A model generated the notes under the pieces. That model was not told the DNA's origin, made no database searches, and saw only the letters and a program-made list of their open reading frames with translations. DNA of 64,000 nucleotides from Oikopleura dioica (Eukaryota; Animalia; Chordata), in the NCBI GenBank assembly GCA_907165135.1, contig OU015569.1, positions 6,510,001 through 6,574,000 of the forward strand. The letters are read 5' to 3'. The position numbers and the translations under genes are program-made. How positions within the stretch are numbered: the first letter of the stretch is position 1; each line of letters opens with the position of its first letter. Shown here one piece after another: positions 36,001-49,033 of the stretch.

Positions 36001-39000
36001 TCCAATCTGTTGCGCATTGATTTCACCCTGCTGCTCAACAGTCACAAGATATAACAATATGGCCTATTGATTAAAATGTTGCAAATTTTAAGGGCACGCC
36101 GCCTGATTGAGGTCAATACTATATTTTCGAAAATTTAAGCGCCGCGCATATGGCCCGCTTCTAAATTCGCACGATACTGTCACCGTTCAAGCGTTTTTTT
36201 TTTGTTAAATATAGTGGTCTTCATATAAGGTTAAAGCCGAAAAATCTCGGAAGCAATTATGAAAAATTTGTGTACGGCTACAACACTTGCGCTGCGGCGG
36301 AAGTTTTCTTTGATCTTTTTTCGGATAAGTTTCGCCGTTCGTGTAGCTTCGAAAAATGACAATGTTCCGGATATTTTATGAGCTTCCGTGAGTTTCTGAT
36401 TTTTGCTTTTCTTCTTCGTGGAATACTGGAAAACGCCGCCCGAGTTATATGAATATTTTCTGCGTTTCTGCCTTTTCGCCCGGATAATCATTTTGCTGAG
36501 CTAAAATCTGGCAAAAACAAATTGACTCTAAGTGCTCGAAAAGTCAAGGATCGATGTGAATATTTTGCGAGTTTAGTCGCGCTTATGTGAAATATATATT
36601 TTGTTAAAATATGGCTTTGGGTAGCTTGGCCTATCGATTCCTGGGTGATTTCACCAACTGGCGCACAAAACGCTTAGGCGGGTGAGCTCCCTTAAGTCGC
36701 ACAAACTTTTTTTAAAGATAGACAAATGATTGCACTTTGAAAGGAAATATCTCCATCGGCAGAGAGCTGCCTCTGCTCGGAATCGATAAATGCAATTTTT
36801 CAGACGATTATTTTAGGGGCCGCAAATCAATAAACTATGCAATAGAGCGAGGATTTTTCAAATAATAAAAGCTCCCTTTTTCGACGGCTGGAGGATATTG
36901 CTCCCCGATTGAGAGGAAATTCGCATAATCAATTTGTCAATTAGCTGGACTTGGGCACGCTTTCACCCCGCGGCGACGCTTTCCATGAAATTTTCCATTC
37001 GCAATCTTTCTAATATTCGGATGTTTTTTCCATCTAATCATTCCGACTAAGTTCACTGGCGCTCTGCCAAGACATTTTTAAACAAGTACTTTTCTTAATA
37101 AAGAGTAGCACATTTATGATTGTCGATTTGGTAAAATAAACCGATTAGCTTAATATAGTGATACATCTTATTCAGAACAAATATAACATTTGAGCACAAA
37201 TTAGAGCGTTTTTCTGTGAAGATAGCCATAAAGAGCTCTTTAATTCGACATTGATTGAAAATTTCACTTGGCGCGGGGAGCTCAATAGATTTCAGTTCAA
37301 GTCAATAACTCAGAGTTTTTCTCAGGCTCAGCCCGCTTGAGCGTGTGCCCAACCCAGAAATATTTCCAAAACAAATATTCCCACACCAGCCGGCTATAAT
37401 TCTATCAATAGTCTTTAAGAATTTACATTTTGAAAATTTTTATTTAAAAACTTTCCTTATTTAAAAGAGGATCAACTTAATAAGAGTTGAGTTTTTCGCG
37501 CCCTGGAAGAGACACTCGCCTGGGGCGTTTTTTGCCAAAATTTCTAGTGCTGCAGAAAAATTACTGTCGAATTTTAGCACTCGAAAGAACAAAAGCAACG
37601 CGAATCCGAGGCAGAGCAAAATCACAATGAAAAGCCAAAGATGCAGAATATCGCCACCACTGTAAGTAGCGCGCGTCGACACCGGAACCTGTTGAATGTA
37701 GCTGCCCAAATAAGTTAAATACAGGACAAATGCGAAATTTCAGAAGCGAACGCGCTACATATCTTTGAGAAACAGTGAGTTCTGCTGTCTCTTCTGCCAC
37801 ACCTGTTTCCCGAACACTGCCATAGACGACATCGAGCACCACTTAGCCAAGCATTCTCGACTAGGTGAGTATCTTTGGGATGTTATCAGTCCTCCATGAA
37901 AATACGGCCGTCACGATTCAAAATTCCCAGGGAAATTCAGCCCATTTGAATTTAACGACCATTTTTGTTGGCACTTTTTTCCGTCATTAATTCAATTAAT
38001 AGGCTTATCGATCAAAGAACTTGTGCTTGAAAAAATCTCATATATTAGCCAGAAATGCTATCGAACCCAGCCAGTGGGAAAGTTGCTCGATATTATTATC
38101 TATTTGGGATGAATTCTTAGCGCGTCATGAAAATAGACAGCGAAATACCTAAACTCTTACTCGCAGCTATGAAATTTTCTTGTCCTCTATGTTGGCAGCC
38201 AATTAATAGTATATACAGTGAATGGAAATCGGCTTTCGTTCGATTTTCTTCATTAAAAATTGCAACCTAATATATTGATTTTCGAAAAAGCGCGACCTTT
38301 TGGCCTCGCGCCCGAAACTTTATAAAATTTATTCTACGTCGTTTTCTTAACGATTTCAGAGAGTAATCAAATTTTTTTACAAGCTTTTTTTTCAGTAATC
38401 ATCAGATGTCTTGACTCGTATCTTTTTGAGCATTTCTAAAACTATTTTCACCTTATTTGTGGATATCATTTAAAGATCTTTTCCAGCCAACTAAAATGTG
38501 TTATATTCTTGCTCAATTTTAATTTAATTATTTTCAGTCAGATAATATATTTCTTTGAAATTCCGATTGGATCGATAGATAATGGCTTTGGAGCCTTTGG
38601 CCATGTGCCCGAAACTTTATAAAAATTCATTCGGGCGGAGCGTTTGCGCCTAGCGGCCTGAACGCGCCGCCGCCACTATTGCGCGAATCCTGCAGCGCCG
38701 CGAATTAAAGGAGGAAAAAAATGAGAATCGAATTTTGTGGGAAGAAAACTAAGCGCAACCTCCCTTGGGGAAGCCTGCGCTTGGCGCACTTCCTCGATTT
38801 CACTTTCTCATTTTTTCAGATGCGATTTTCGCGAATTTTTTTTCCGTGCCCAGCGCGAGAAATCTCAGAACTTACAGTAGAGATGAGGCAATAAAATGAG
38901 AGAGTCCGAAAATCATCGTGATCTTCCGGTGCGCAGCTTTGTGAGTTAGTTTTGTAAAAAGCATCTCAATAGATAGAAATTGTATGTTCGTTTGTCCTAA

Positions 39001-39208
39001 AAGCATAAATATGAAAAAACTAGCAGGGTATTTACTGGATCATGAGAATTTTTACTAAGAAATCAAGGAAGACTAATCGTATAGTTCTGTAAGTAATTTG
39101 AGGTTTTCAGAAAACATAACAAAAGAGCTGGAAGCTGTGATCCGCACTAAAACAATCCTTACCACCTCAACGTCTGCTGCGAATTCGCCGAGTCCTACTT
39201 CTGGGTAA
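33077..39208 (+). CDS. Cryptic multi-exon C2H2 zinc-finger coding unit (ZF-0), a separate gene or a 5' extension of the Spalt-like gene A
   Basis: Exons 33076-33164, 33367-33513, 34224-34342, 37578-37661, 37744-37864 and 39111-39208 all have GT donors and AG acceptors and join in phase. They encode two fingers: CPFCEKSYQQLVTFRRHLVAH and CLFCHTCFPNTAIDDIEHHLAKH. Confidence 0.65.
38296..38632 (+). repeat. Imperfect ~39-bp direct repeat, two copies
   Basis: CCTTTTGGCCTCGCGCCCGAAACTTTATAAAATTTATTC (38296-38334) versus CCTTTGGCCATGTGCCCGAAACTTTATAAAAATTCATTC (38594-38632). Confidence 0.55.
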
Positions 39209-40984
39209 TCCCCTCAGACCTCCCCATCAGAACCCAAGAGCGTCTCCAAACATTTCCCCTTGTGATTGAGTCATTTACCAAGCCCACCATTACAAGAGCA
39301 ACCAAAGTACTTTCCCGATCAGCGCCAGCGAGACCAATAACTCCCTGTTTCCTTCAATTTACCCTTCTTATAATTTCCTTACTGATTCTTTCTTGAGGCG
39401 GCACACGTGTCTCCATGTCACAGTTTCTTTTCGTTCTTTCCTAATCTGAAATACTAGTCCAACGCGTCAAATTCCATGAAAAGTAAAAGATAGCGCCACT
39501 TCGTTTCCCTTCGAAAATCGAAGTTCCCTTATTTGAATACATAAATTTTTAAACTGATTTTTTAAAAATCCACAGCGCACCAATATCGCAATCACACGCG
39601 CTTACACTCACGCATAAGGAGAACGCGCGCACTCGCCCAGCGACGCACAGAGATCATCCCTTTTCATCGATTTTTGCAATGTATAATTTTTATTGCGCAA
39701 AAACCCTTTGGAAATTTGACCGACGAGGGAGCGCGACCAGGAGGCCGACGCCGTCCGCCCAGCAGCGCCGCGCTTTCAAAAAAAAATAAATTGCTAAGTT
39801 TAACATTTTTCACAAAATTGAGAATTTAACGAGGGATGATAGTCTCTGCATCGCCGCAATTCGAATCAGTTTTTTTCGACATCGTGGGAAACTCGCTGCG
39901 TAATCTCGGAGACGATGAGAGAGAACAAACATATTTCCAGACATCCGGAAAAAAGAGATTCCCATTCTGATTCAGGACTCTTGAAGGAAACTTCTGCTAG
40001 GGAGTAAGTTACCTAAAAAGAATCAAGTTTCAGGGTGACAGATTTTTGAGAATTATTTTCATAAAATATTATCAATTTTCTGTCCTTGCAATTTTCTTCT
40101 GTGACAGCAGCGAAACGCGGCACAAGCTGCCAATTTGCGCGCTCGAGGTAATGAAAGCCAGGCTAAGATGGGCCCCAAGGCCAATTTTAAAGTCGAATTC
40201 CCTAGAGTCAAAGGCCTCCGGATAGTCGCTAATTGCGTGAACTCGCAATTTTTTATATTCTAAAATTTAGAATTTCAGCTCCACCCGCTGACTTTGGTTT
40301 TTCAACTCCATTGTAAAAAATCTCTTGTTTTTTGAAATGTCGATCGAATTTTCAGCGTCAAGCGTTCATCTTCTGCATTCCCCATTTGTGTGGTAGGCGA
40401 GTATAGTGTGTGAGTGTGTGCTCTTCCATAATCGATTGGATTTTTTCACTCCATCTTTTCCAATTTCCTAGCAAAATTAACCTTCACCGCGTTTCGGACG
40501 AAATCTTTCTTGATTTCACAAGGTGGCCTCATTTTTCATCAAAACTCATTCTCTTCTGGTTCTTAATCGCCTGTATATCATATACAGTGTATGTGACTTC
40601 TAGCTTTCAATTTTCTCTAATTTTCTTTATTTATGTTTCTGCTTTCTTGTCTCTTTTGTTTCCTGATGTCAATCAGCCACAAACTTGCTCCTCTGTGAAA
40701 GTGTTCTCTGCCGACCCCAAATGAGGACCAGAATATCTATCGAAGACCCATGAACACCCCATCTGGGCTCTACGGAGGGCATTTTTACAAGTAGTTTTTC
40801 AAAGTTACTCGATTGCTTCAGCCTTTTACAATACACCTTTAACCTTGCTGTCATTTTCTTTCTATTCTTTGTGGTATTCTACTAACCAATTTCTTGTTCT
40901 CTTCTTATTCCGTCATTTCATTCAAGTTCAAATTTCCTTCGAAAATATTCAAGAAAAGCTGGAATGGCAAATTTCAAATTTTAG

Positions 40985-43739
40985 ATGGCTGCGAATCGGG
41001 CTCCGTTTGTGTTACAGGGAGTGCCGATTTTATCATGCGACCGTTGCCAATTCTTTTGCTCCGACGAACGGTACCTTATGGCGCACATGTCTGTCGAGCA
41101 TGGCGAAAATGAGAAGAGTGTGCCTAAAGTCGCCCCAGGCGAAGTAGACGATGCAGTCAAACAAGCAATCAAGGCACCGCCGAGGAGACGTGAAATTGAA
41201 TCCGCTATCGAATCCACTAGCAAAACACTTAGGTGTGTACTCTTCTATGATTTCACTTATTGTTTTTCGAGTAATTTTGATCGAACAGTGATTAAAATTT
41301 TAAAAACGGCGAGAAGAATTATTTTGGGAGTATAATCCAATCTGAAAGATCTTAGACTTTAGCTCGTTAATTTTGCATTAGCGCGAAAAAATAGATTTTC
41401 ACCGAAGCGCCTTAATCATTGATGATTTCGTCCTTTTTCAATTTTTTCTAATATATTATGAATAAATTTCACTCAGCTTCTTATATACAAGCTCGCCTGC
41501 GAGTTAGAATAGGTTTAGTTATTGATGAAATATTTCCAAGCGGTTTTCGACTTAAAATAGGAGTTGCCTCTTGGCTTATATTTTTGTTCAGCTATTTATA
41601 CGCGGCACTTCTTGCAGATCCGTCAGAGGGGCCGTCGCCGCTTATTAACAAAGCTAATCATCAGACGACGCCCCTGCAGCTGAGTCCGACAATGCTCGCT
41701 TCGGCGACGCCAAACTCGATGATCTCTCCGAGCCAGCAGAACACCACTCCAGGTGCTGTTCCTTCCTTCACCTCTGCAAACTCGTTGGAGACCAACCAGA
41801 CCTCATCAGATAGTCAAAACCGCTCCGCCTCAGCCCGAAAGAGACGCCGCTCAGAAGACGAATCGACTCCAGCCTTTAGACCGGGAGCTTTCGGTCCAAT
41901 GGGAAATTTGCCACTGCCAGGCGCAGCAGCATCAACACCAAACCCCAGCTTGAATATTCTGAACCTTTTACAAATAAGCAAAATGTCTAATGAACTCGAA
42001 AAACGCAACGCCCTTATAGGTGAACCTCTCGATTATCTTTCAATATCCACTAACAAATATTTCCAGAAACGATAAAGAGAGCACGTATGGCGAATCATGC
42101 AATGAAAATCGAGGACCCAGATGAAGAGATCGTTGTCGAACCTTCTGAGCCAAGGGAGGAAAAAGAGTCAAAGGGATCAGATGAAGACGAGATTATTGAG
42201 ATACCGACTGAAGAACAACCCGCTCTATCTCAAGAGCCCAATTTTGCTCAAACTCTGCAGAATCGCATGAACCCTCTGAGCCAACTCTTTCAGCAGCAAA
42301 ACTTGCCAAAAAAGTTAGTATTGTCTGAATAGAAGTGATTTAGTAATGTGACAATTTATACAGCCAATTTTTTTGAATATACGCTTTATTTTATGTGCAT
42401 TTAGTTCGCTGGCATTTCCGTCTTCCGACTCGCTCGTCTCTCGAGGGAAATCATCGAATATGTTTCCCAACTTTGCTCTCCAGAATAGCTTGCTCAAGTT
42501 CCACGAGTCGCAGCAGCGAGACAAGAAGAAATCCGTCAGTCCTGTCAGTGGCTTAGACCGGAACGCGAATTCTGGTTTGAGCCTAGTTTCTTACCACGGA
42601 GCAAGTAATGGAAACTCTACGGCGAATACGGGAACCTCCGGTTCAGCTTTAGTGCCAAAGAATCCAATACTCTGTAACATTTGTGGCTCAAGCTGGAGAA
42701 CACCGAGCGCGCTGAACATACATATGCGAGTTCATACTGGCGAAAAGCCGTATAAGTGTATGATCTGTGGAAAGGGACACAAGCAAAAGGGCCAGCTCAA
42801 GGTAGGAGACCCAGCTCCAGAACGTTTTAGAATTCTTTTCTTTTAGGTCCATATTAACAAGCATCACCCGGGACAGTGGCCAGCAGTTGGGAATATGCTC
42901 AATCAAATGATCAAGGATCCAAAAAAGTGTTCCATGTGTGGCGAGGTCTTTGTTGAGCCCAAAGAATTATCTAAGCACATCCTGGAGTGTGCGCCGACGG
43001 GATTGTCGATTCCGCCTGGACAGCCGCGTCCTTCGTGCGACATCTGCGGGATCACATTCTCCTCAACTCTCAACTTTAAGCGACACATGGACTCCCATCG
43101 CCTCGATAAGGGTCAATCCAACGCCCCTTCTGAAGTCAGCGATGTTTCCGAGTCAAACTCGGAGAGCAAGTCCTCGACTATTCAAATTCCTCCAGGAGCT
43201 CCCATTCACTCGCCCGAGTTAATGCAGAAGCTCAAAACTCAGGTAAAGGACATCTCCTTATTCAACATAATAAATTCATTCTTCAGTATGATTTACTTCC
43301 GGGAGCTGGCAAGGCGTGGAGAAACCCTTCAGAGATGTTTTACAAATCGTCGTCCCAGGCTGCAAATATGGCTCCTTCTATCATCCCGAGTATGTTTTCG
43401 TCAGCTTCTCTCTTGGGCCAAAGCGCTGCGTCTGTCATGGAAAGTAGTAGCACTTCTCCTAGAAGCTCTCCTCCTGGGAGCAGCCAAACTAGCCGTATGT
43501 CGCCGACTGCGCCCGTCCAGGAGAACAATTCAACCAATTCAAACGGAGTGAAGGAAGCCTCCCATGTGGCCGCCAGTCTCGCGGCTGCAAGTCTCGCTGC
43601 TAGCAAGCGCGTTTCATCTCCGCTAATAAACGTAGCTTCGACTCATGTTTCCCAGTCAGCCTCTCCCTCGCCACAGCAGATCAGTGGCTTTTCTGTTGCC
43701 GATCAAGCACAGCAGGCGACGGCGATTGCCACAGAATAA
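40985..43739 (+). CDS. SALL-like: Spalt/SALL-like C2H2 zinc-finger transcription factor, paralog A
   Basis: N-terminal finger CDRCQFFCSDERYLMAHMSVEH. Double finger [50 protein letters not shown] (cf. Spalt SALQIHxRxHTGEKPF...KGNLKVH). Two further fingers and an MKIE SUMO-type motif. Phase-compatible GT-AG introns. The zinc-finger gene is near certain; Spalt orthology is inferred. Confidence 0.75.
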
Positions 43740-44299
43740 TCTCGACGAATCTTCAATATTTCTCGAATCTTGACTTTCCAAATTTTGGACAAGACAGGTA
43801 CTCCCTCTTTCTCATCCTTCCTTCCACCATCCTGTACAGTCGCCCGCTTCTCTATTATTCTTTATTTGTTTAAAATCCTTATACAGTATGTTTTAGCTGT
43901 CATATGCGGACGAAACGGCCAGTCATTTGAATCCCTTTTTCGCATCAAACCTAAACTAGAGGCCGTGAGTCCAAACAAGTTCACAGCTCCAGATTAGTTC
44001 CGACCCTCAAAATAAATGACCCCACTTTCGTTCGTTCTCATTTATCGTTAACCCGTAAACATATCTCAGCGGGTACTATTTCGAATGCTTACTGAGGCTT
44101 TTTTACCTTAATTTACCTTACTCGTCATATTTCATACAACTTACGTTTGATAACAAAGACCGACTTCTCACCCGACATCGTGTTCGCGACCTTTCAACCG
44201 AGTGGCGGAGTCCTTCTTATCGTCCCCATTATATCTTTCAACTCATGCCGCCACACTACCATTCAAGTAGCGAACCATACCTTTTATTATTACCTCAAA

Positions 44300-44950
44300 T
44301 GTGCGTGAAAATTCCTCGCTTTCAAAATTGGTAGGGAATCTAAGTTATCTAACCGCGACCTTGATTGCTTCAAACTCATCTCTCGCCCGTGCTACATTTA
44401 AATTCAAATTTACTGTCCACAACAAGCAGATGCAGTATCATTATCATCATCTCGTATTTCATCATTTCCGAACAGAACGGCACAGTAACATCAGAACGCG
44501 GTGAATTGAAAATTTTGAGCATTTTTTTATCTGTAAATTCGTCCAAATTGAAATTTTCCGAAATTCATGTGTCTCATTTTAACTTTTGTGAAGTTCAATT
44601 AATATTTAATTTATAATAAAATTAAACCAAAAGCTGTCTCCATTTCTTATAAAAAAACAAACGCGAAGGGATGAAGATGCGATCTTGGAAGAATACGGGG
44701 TAAAGTGCCGTGGCAGTAAAACGGGGAGAAAAAGGGTCTGCGGAGGAGCCATAATTGAGCCAGTTCATTAATACCTTTGGTGTGATGATCTGTGCGTCGT
44801 TAATGATTTGATTTCGTGTCTTGAATTCGCTAATCCACTTCCCTGTTTTGCTCAAAATGCTGAAAAGGGCTTCACAAGGTGAAAGATTTGCGCGTGGCTT
44901 CGGATCGAGCTCAAAGGTCGCCTTCAATGTTGAGCGCTCTTTATTGCTAC
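44300..44950 (-). pseudogene. Possible small or degraded gene between the two Spalt-like paralogs
   Basis: A protein-like exon NKERSTLKATFELDPKPRANLSPCEALFSILSKTGKWISEFKTRNQIINDAQIITPK has AG and GT ends. Downstream segments do not join without stops. Confidence 0.25.
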
Positions 44951-45913
44951 AAGGAAAATTTTGAAATCGATTTCGAGATCATCCTCATCCTATCCACCCC
45001 TATTAGCGTGTATTATATTAAGCCACTCGATTAAACTTATCTAATAACTCCTTAATCAAAAGAGAGACAAATTTCTTGAAAGGAAGCTCTGAAGAAAAGA
45101 ACTTTCGGTAAGTGCAAATTCAAAAAAAAAATCAACTCGACTGAGTGTTTCGAAAATGCTTCCTTGTGAAAAGGTCTCTTATCTAAACAAAAGAAAGCCC
45201 AAAGCCAAATTTTTATGACTTCAACGGGCTTCTTATAAAAAAGTTGCGAGCACAGAGATTGTCATTTTTATAATTTTTCGGTGCAGACTCTCCAGTGGAG
45301 AGTCTCTACAGTTAATCTCATCCAATCTGTGGCTGAAAATCCCAACCACCATCCCTCGCTTTCTTGACTCTCGGAAAAATTCCCCCGGGGCGAAAATTTT
45401 TTTTCGAAGCCACGACGCTGGATCATCTACCCGGCACCCTATTTTTTAATATCAGAGATCGCCTCGGCCGCACTTTGAATCGAAAACGTCGAGTCTTCAT
45501 TTTTTTGTTATTTTGTTGAAAAAGCCAGCTCAATATATGAGTTGTATGTGTAACGAGTTTTTTCCCTTCGCGCTAATAGGCCTGAGACATATTGATTTTA
45601 AGAAAATTAGCTCCAGCAAAAATATATCGCCTTTCATCGCGTAATTTTTCTTGTATTTATTGTGTCTTGCTTCGCGACAGTTCAACGTTCACTTTCAAGT
45701 TGTGTTTCTTCACAAGTTCATGTTTCTTACATTCCGAAAATAATATTCGCAAGCTGCTTTTTATATTCCATCGACGCAGTAATCTTCAAAAATCGCCATT
45801 GACTCACTATTTATTCCAGCTGAATTACTCCTCGCTCTATCAAAATTTTTTTGTTATTGATTTATCATAGATATCTCGATTCGAGCGATTTCTATTTAGA
45901 CGTCAAAACTGGG

Positions 45914-48900
45914 ATGAACGGGTTCGGTCGTGCCAGCCTGGCACAGATCAACCTGATAGGCTGCAAAGAATGTTCCTTCAAATGCACGGACAGGAGGTAT
46001 TTGGCTGCGCACAGTCGCATAGAACATCGCCAGAACACAGATCCAGCCGATGACGATTTCGTCGACAAGCTAGTTGTATTCGTCAACGACACGACCGTCA
46101 AGACGGAGCAGATCATGGAGTCGCTAGTCGAGAGAGCCCAAGGCCTCGTTGAAGAGCTTATCGATTTCAAGGTAGAATTGAAAATCTAAACTCGCGCTGA
46201 AATTGCTTCATTTAGAGCTCCTTTCCCAAGTGTGACAACATCACCGCCAAGTATGACTACCACGACGTCGACAATACAATGGAACAAGTAGAAACGAGCG
46301 TTGAAACAAGCTCTACAACCGAAAGCGGCCTCTTTTCCGACTTTGGCCTCTCTGCTCTGAGCAACCTGACTCAACTTGCGCGGCTAACTCAGAACAACGC
46401 AAGCACTACCGCAGCCAGCAATACGGAATCGCAAAGTGGCACTGGCATGTTCAACAACGTCTCCGCCAGTAACTCTAAAAACAACAACATTCTGAGCTCG
46501 TCTATCAGCAGCTCTAACTCGAAAAGCGCCAACACTGCAAAATCAACGACCATTACTATCGCCCCCAAGCAAGCAAATTCATCAACAACTTCTCTCAGCA
46601 ATCCCGTTGTGATTACCCTCGATCAGCTGAAGCAAGCTACAACCGTGAGTGCACGCATTCCTTGGTCAACTCTTCTATTTTTAGCATCACACTATGAAGG
46701 AATCGCAAAGACAACGCGCTCACCCAGAAAATGCCCCGGCCTGCCCGATTTGTGGGAGAGTGTGTTCTACGACTTGGAATCTGAAGCAGCACATCGAAAA
46801 ACACTACGACATCCATCCTCAGAAGGGAGTTGTCAAGAAAAAATTCGAAGAAACGAGGTCCGCCGCGACTAATAATTCGCTGGGATCAAATTCTGGCGCT
46901 GCAGTATGTCTTGATATAAGTTTGCAAAAAAATGTTTCTTCCTCAACCGTCGATAGCTCAGTTGGCAGAGCGGGAGACTGTAGAGGGCTAGCAGTTATCT
47001 CTAGGTCACTGGTTCGAATCCGGTTCGACGGAAGCTTTTTTTCTTTTTCTGAAGCAAATAATTCTAGAAATCATCACAGAATATTTAGCTCGCCGTTAAC
47101 CCCGCGACCTCTTTATCATTTGCGCCGTCGCCCTCCTCCCCGTCTTCTTCTTCACTCGGTATCATCGAATTGCCCACATCTTCGAACGACATGAGCGACT
47201 CTAATGAAGTCACAGTCAAACAAGAACCTCTCGACGAAGTCGAAAACATCACGGGCAGGTCAGTAGTGGTAAATTATTGCTTCTGCCACTCAAGTAGTTT
47301 AAGCACAGTAAGAATCTCTTGCCTCCCTCTTCGAAATTAAGAGATTCTGATCGGAAAAGAGTGGAAGGCATTTTATAAATAACTCACGTCCATTTCAGCG
47401 TCTCTAAGCTTGCCGCTCGTAGTTTTCCGGCCTCCCTAGCTCTGATAAGTCTGCGATGAGCGTCGGACCTCCCCCTCTGTCCAAACCTGTTCTCGGACTG
47501 CATCATAATTTCTTGCGTTCCTCTCACCGGCCCGGACAAACCTCCGCCAACACATTACTCTCCATCAACAAGGATAATACCCATTCTGAGAGTTCCTCCC
47601 ATTCGTCGAAAAATTCTTCCCCGATGTCTTTGTCCCACCTCTTTAATTCCCCTTCGCCTCTTAACCAACCGAACCCCTCTGATCTAGGCTATCCGCGCTT
47701 TCCTCTGCAACCGACGCCCTTCCCAGTCCAGCCGCCAGGAACGAACAGGAATGAAATCTTTGTTCCGCAAGTTCCCAATGTGCCGAAAGTTTTCGCACAC
47801 TTCGGAAAAGGCACTGAAATGCTCGCGACTTATGAAAAATTCGAGAGCGCCCTGCGTCGCGGCATTCCTAAAGTAGAGGATACAACCACGCCTCAACCTG
47901 TTCTCAATTTTTGCGCGAACCCTACCCCAAATCCTAATATGAACTTACCCAATCAACCGGACCGGCAATCTCAATCCAGCCAAAATAGCTCAGAGCTTGT
48001 GCAGGAAAAAGACTCTCAGCACGGAGGGGAAGACTTGAGTAAAGGCGACAGCGAAGACAACGTTTCGGCGGATAATAACGCTAACGACACTCCACAGAGC
48101 TCGAACGGGTTAGCCGTTTTGAAGTTTTTTTGTTTGTGGTTATTTTCTAATATTGTGTGTTGATTCATTTTCGATTTTCTTTTAGACTAAGAATTTCTAA
48201 TTTTGGTTGTTTTCACTAGCTTATGTTAAAAATAGAACGAGTCCGGTGGTGAAGAAACGTCGGCCAGAGGTGCAGCTTATGCCGAAACCGTCGATCGTCG
48301 CCATTCCTACCGCCACGCCAGTTACTTTCGCGATCGCATCGACGACTGCTGTCCCAATCAAGAACAGCGGATCAAATCCGAACACAAGAAGCACGGCTAT
48401 AAATAGCACCGTTTTGAACAGGCTTCCCTCGCCCAGCGACAATAACCACATCTGCTCATTCTGCGGGAAAGGATGGAAAACGCGTTCTGCGCTAGAAATG
48501 CATATACGCGTTCACACTGGCGAAGAGCCATTTATCTGCGCACTCTGCGGGAAGGGACACAAGCAAAAGGGTCAACTAAAAGTGCACATAACGAAACACC
48601 ATGCCGGCTGTTCTTACCCAGATCCCAGTTTAACAGCAGGAGCCGCCTTCCAACAGTAAGCTTAAAAAAAAGAAAATACATACCTATTAAACTTGCAGCG
48701 AGAAAGAAAAATTAAAAATTCTGAGAGGTGCAAGGCCAATTGCTCCTGCTCCAGTGGATTGTTCACCAAAGGTGAACCCTGTGTTGAGTAGGCAGACTGA
48801 GTTCGACTGCCATCAATGTGGATTGGCATGCCACTCCTGGGCAAACCTAGAAAAGCATCTGCAAGCTCACGAAGAGGCCGATGTAGCTGGCGATTCGACT

Positions 48901-49033
48901 TCCGAGGTAAGCCAACTTCGTGAACGAATTCAGCTCTAACAAGAATCTTTAGAATAAGATGTCTATATTGGAGAGCGACAAAATGTGTTCATCAGACGAA
49001 GAACGCGACAAAATGTCGGAAGGCGAAGGGTGA
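45914..49033 (+). CDS. SALL-like: Spalt/SALL-like C2H2 zinc-finger transcription factor, paralog B
   Basis: N-terminal finger [22 protein letters not shown]; [21 protein letters not shown]; double finger [50 protein letters not shown]; [21 protein letters not shown]; VKQE SUMO motif. Last exon 48949-49033. Confidence 0.75.
46947..47032 (+). tRNA. tRNA-Tyr(GTA): tRNA-Tyr (GTA) with a 13-nt intron
   Basis: Acceptor stem CCGTCGA/TCGACGG plus discriminator A. D-arm AGCTCAGTTGGCAGAGC. Anticodon loop CT-GTA-G, then intron AGGGCTAGCAGTT (46984-46996). T-arm GGTTCGAATCC. A poly-T Pol III terminator follows at ~47036. Confidence 0.95.
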
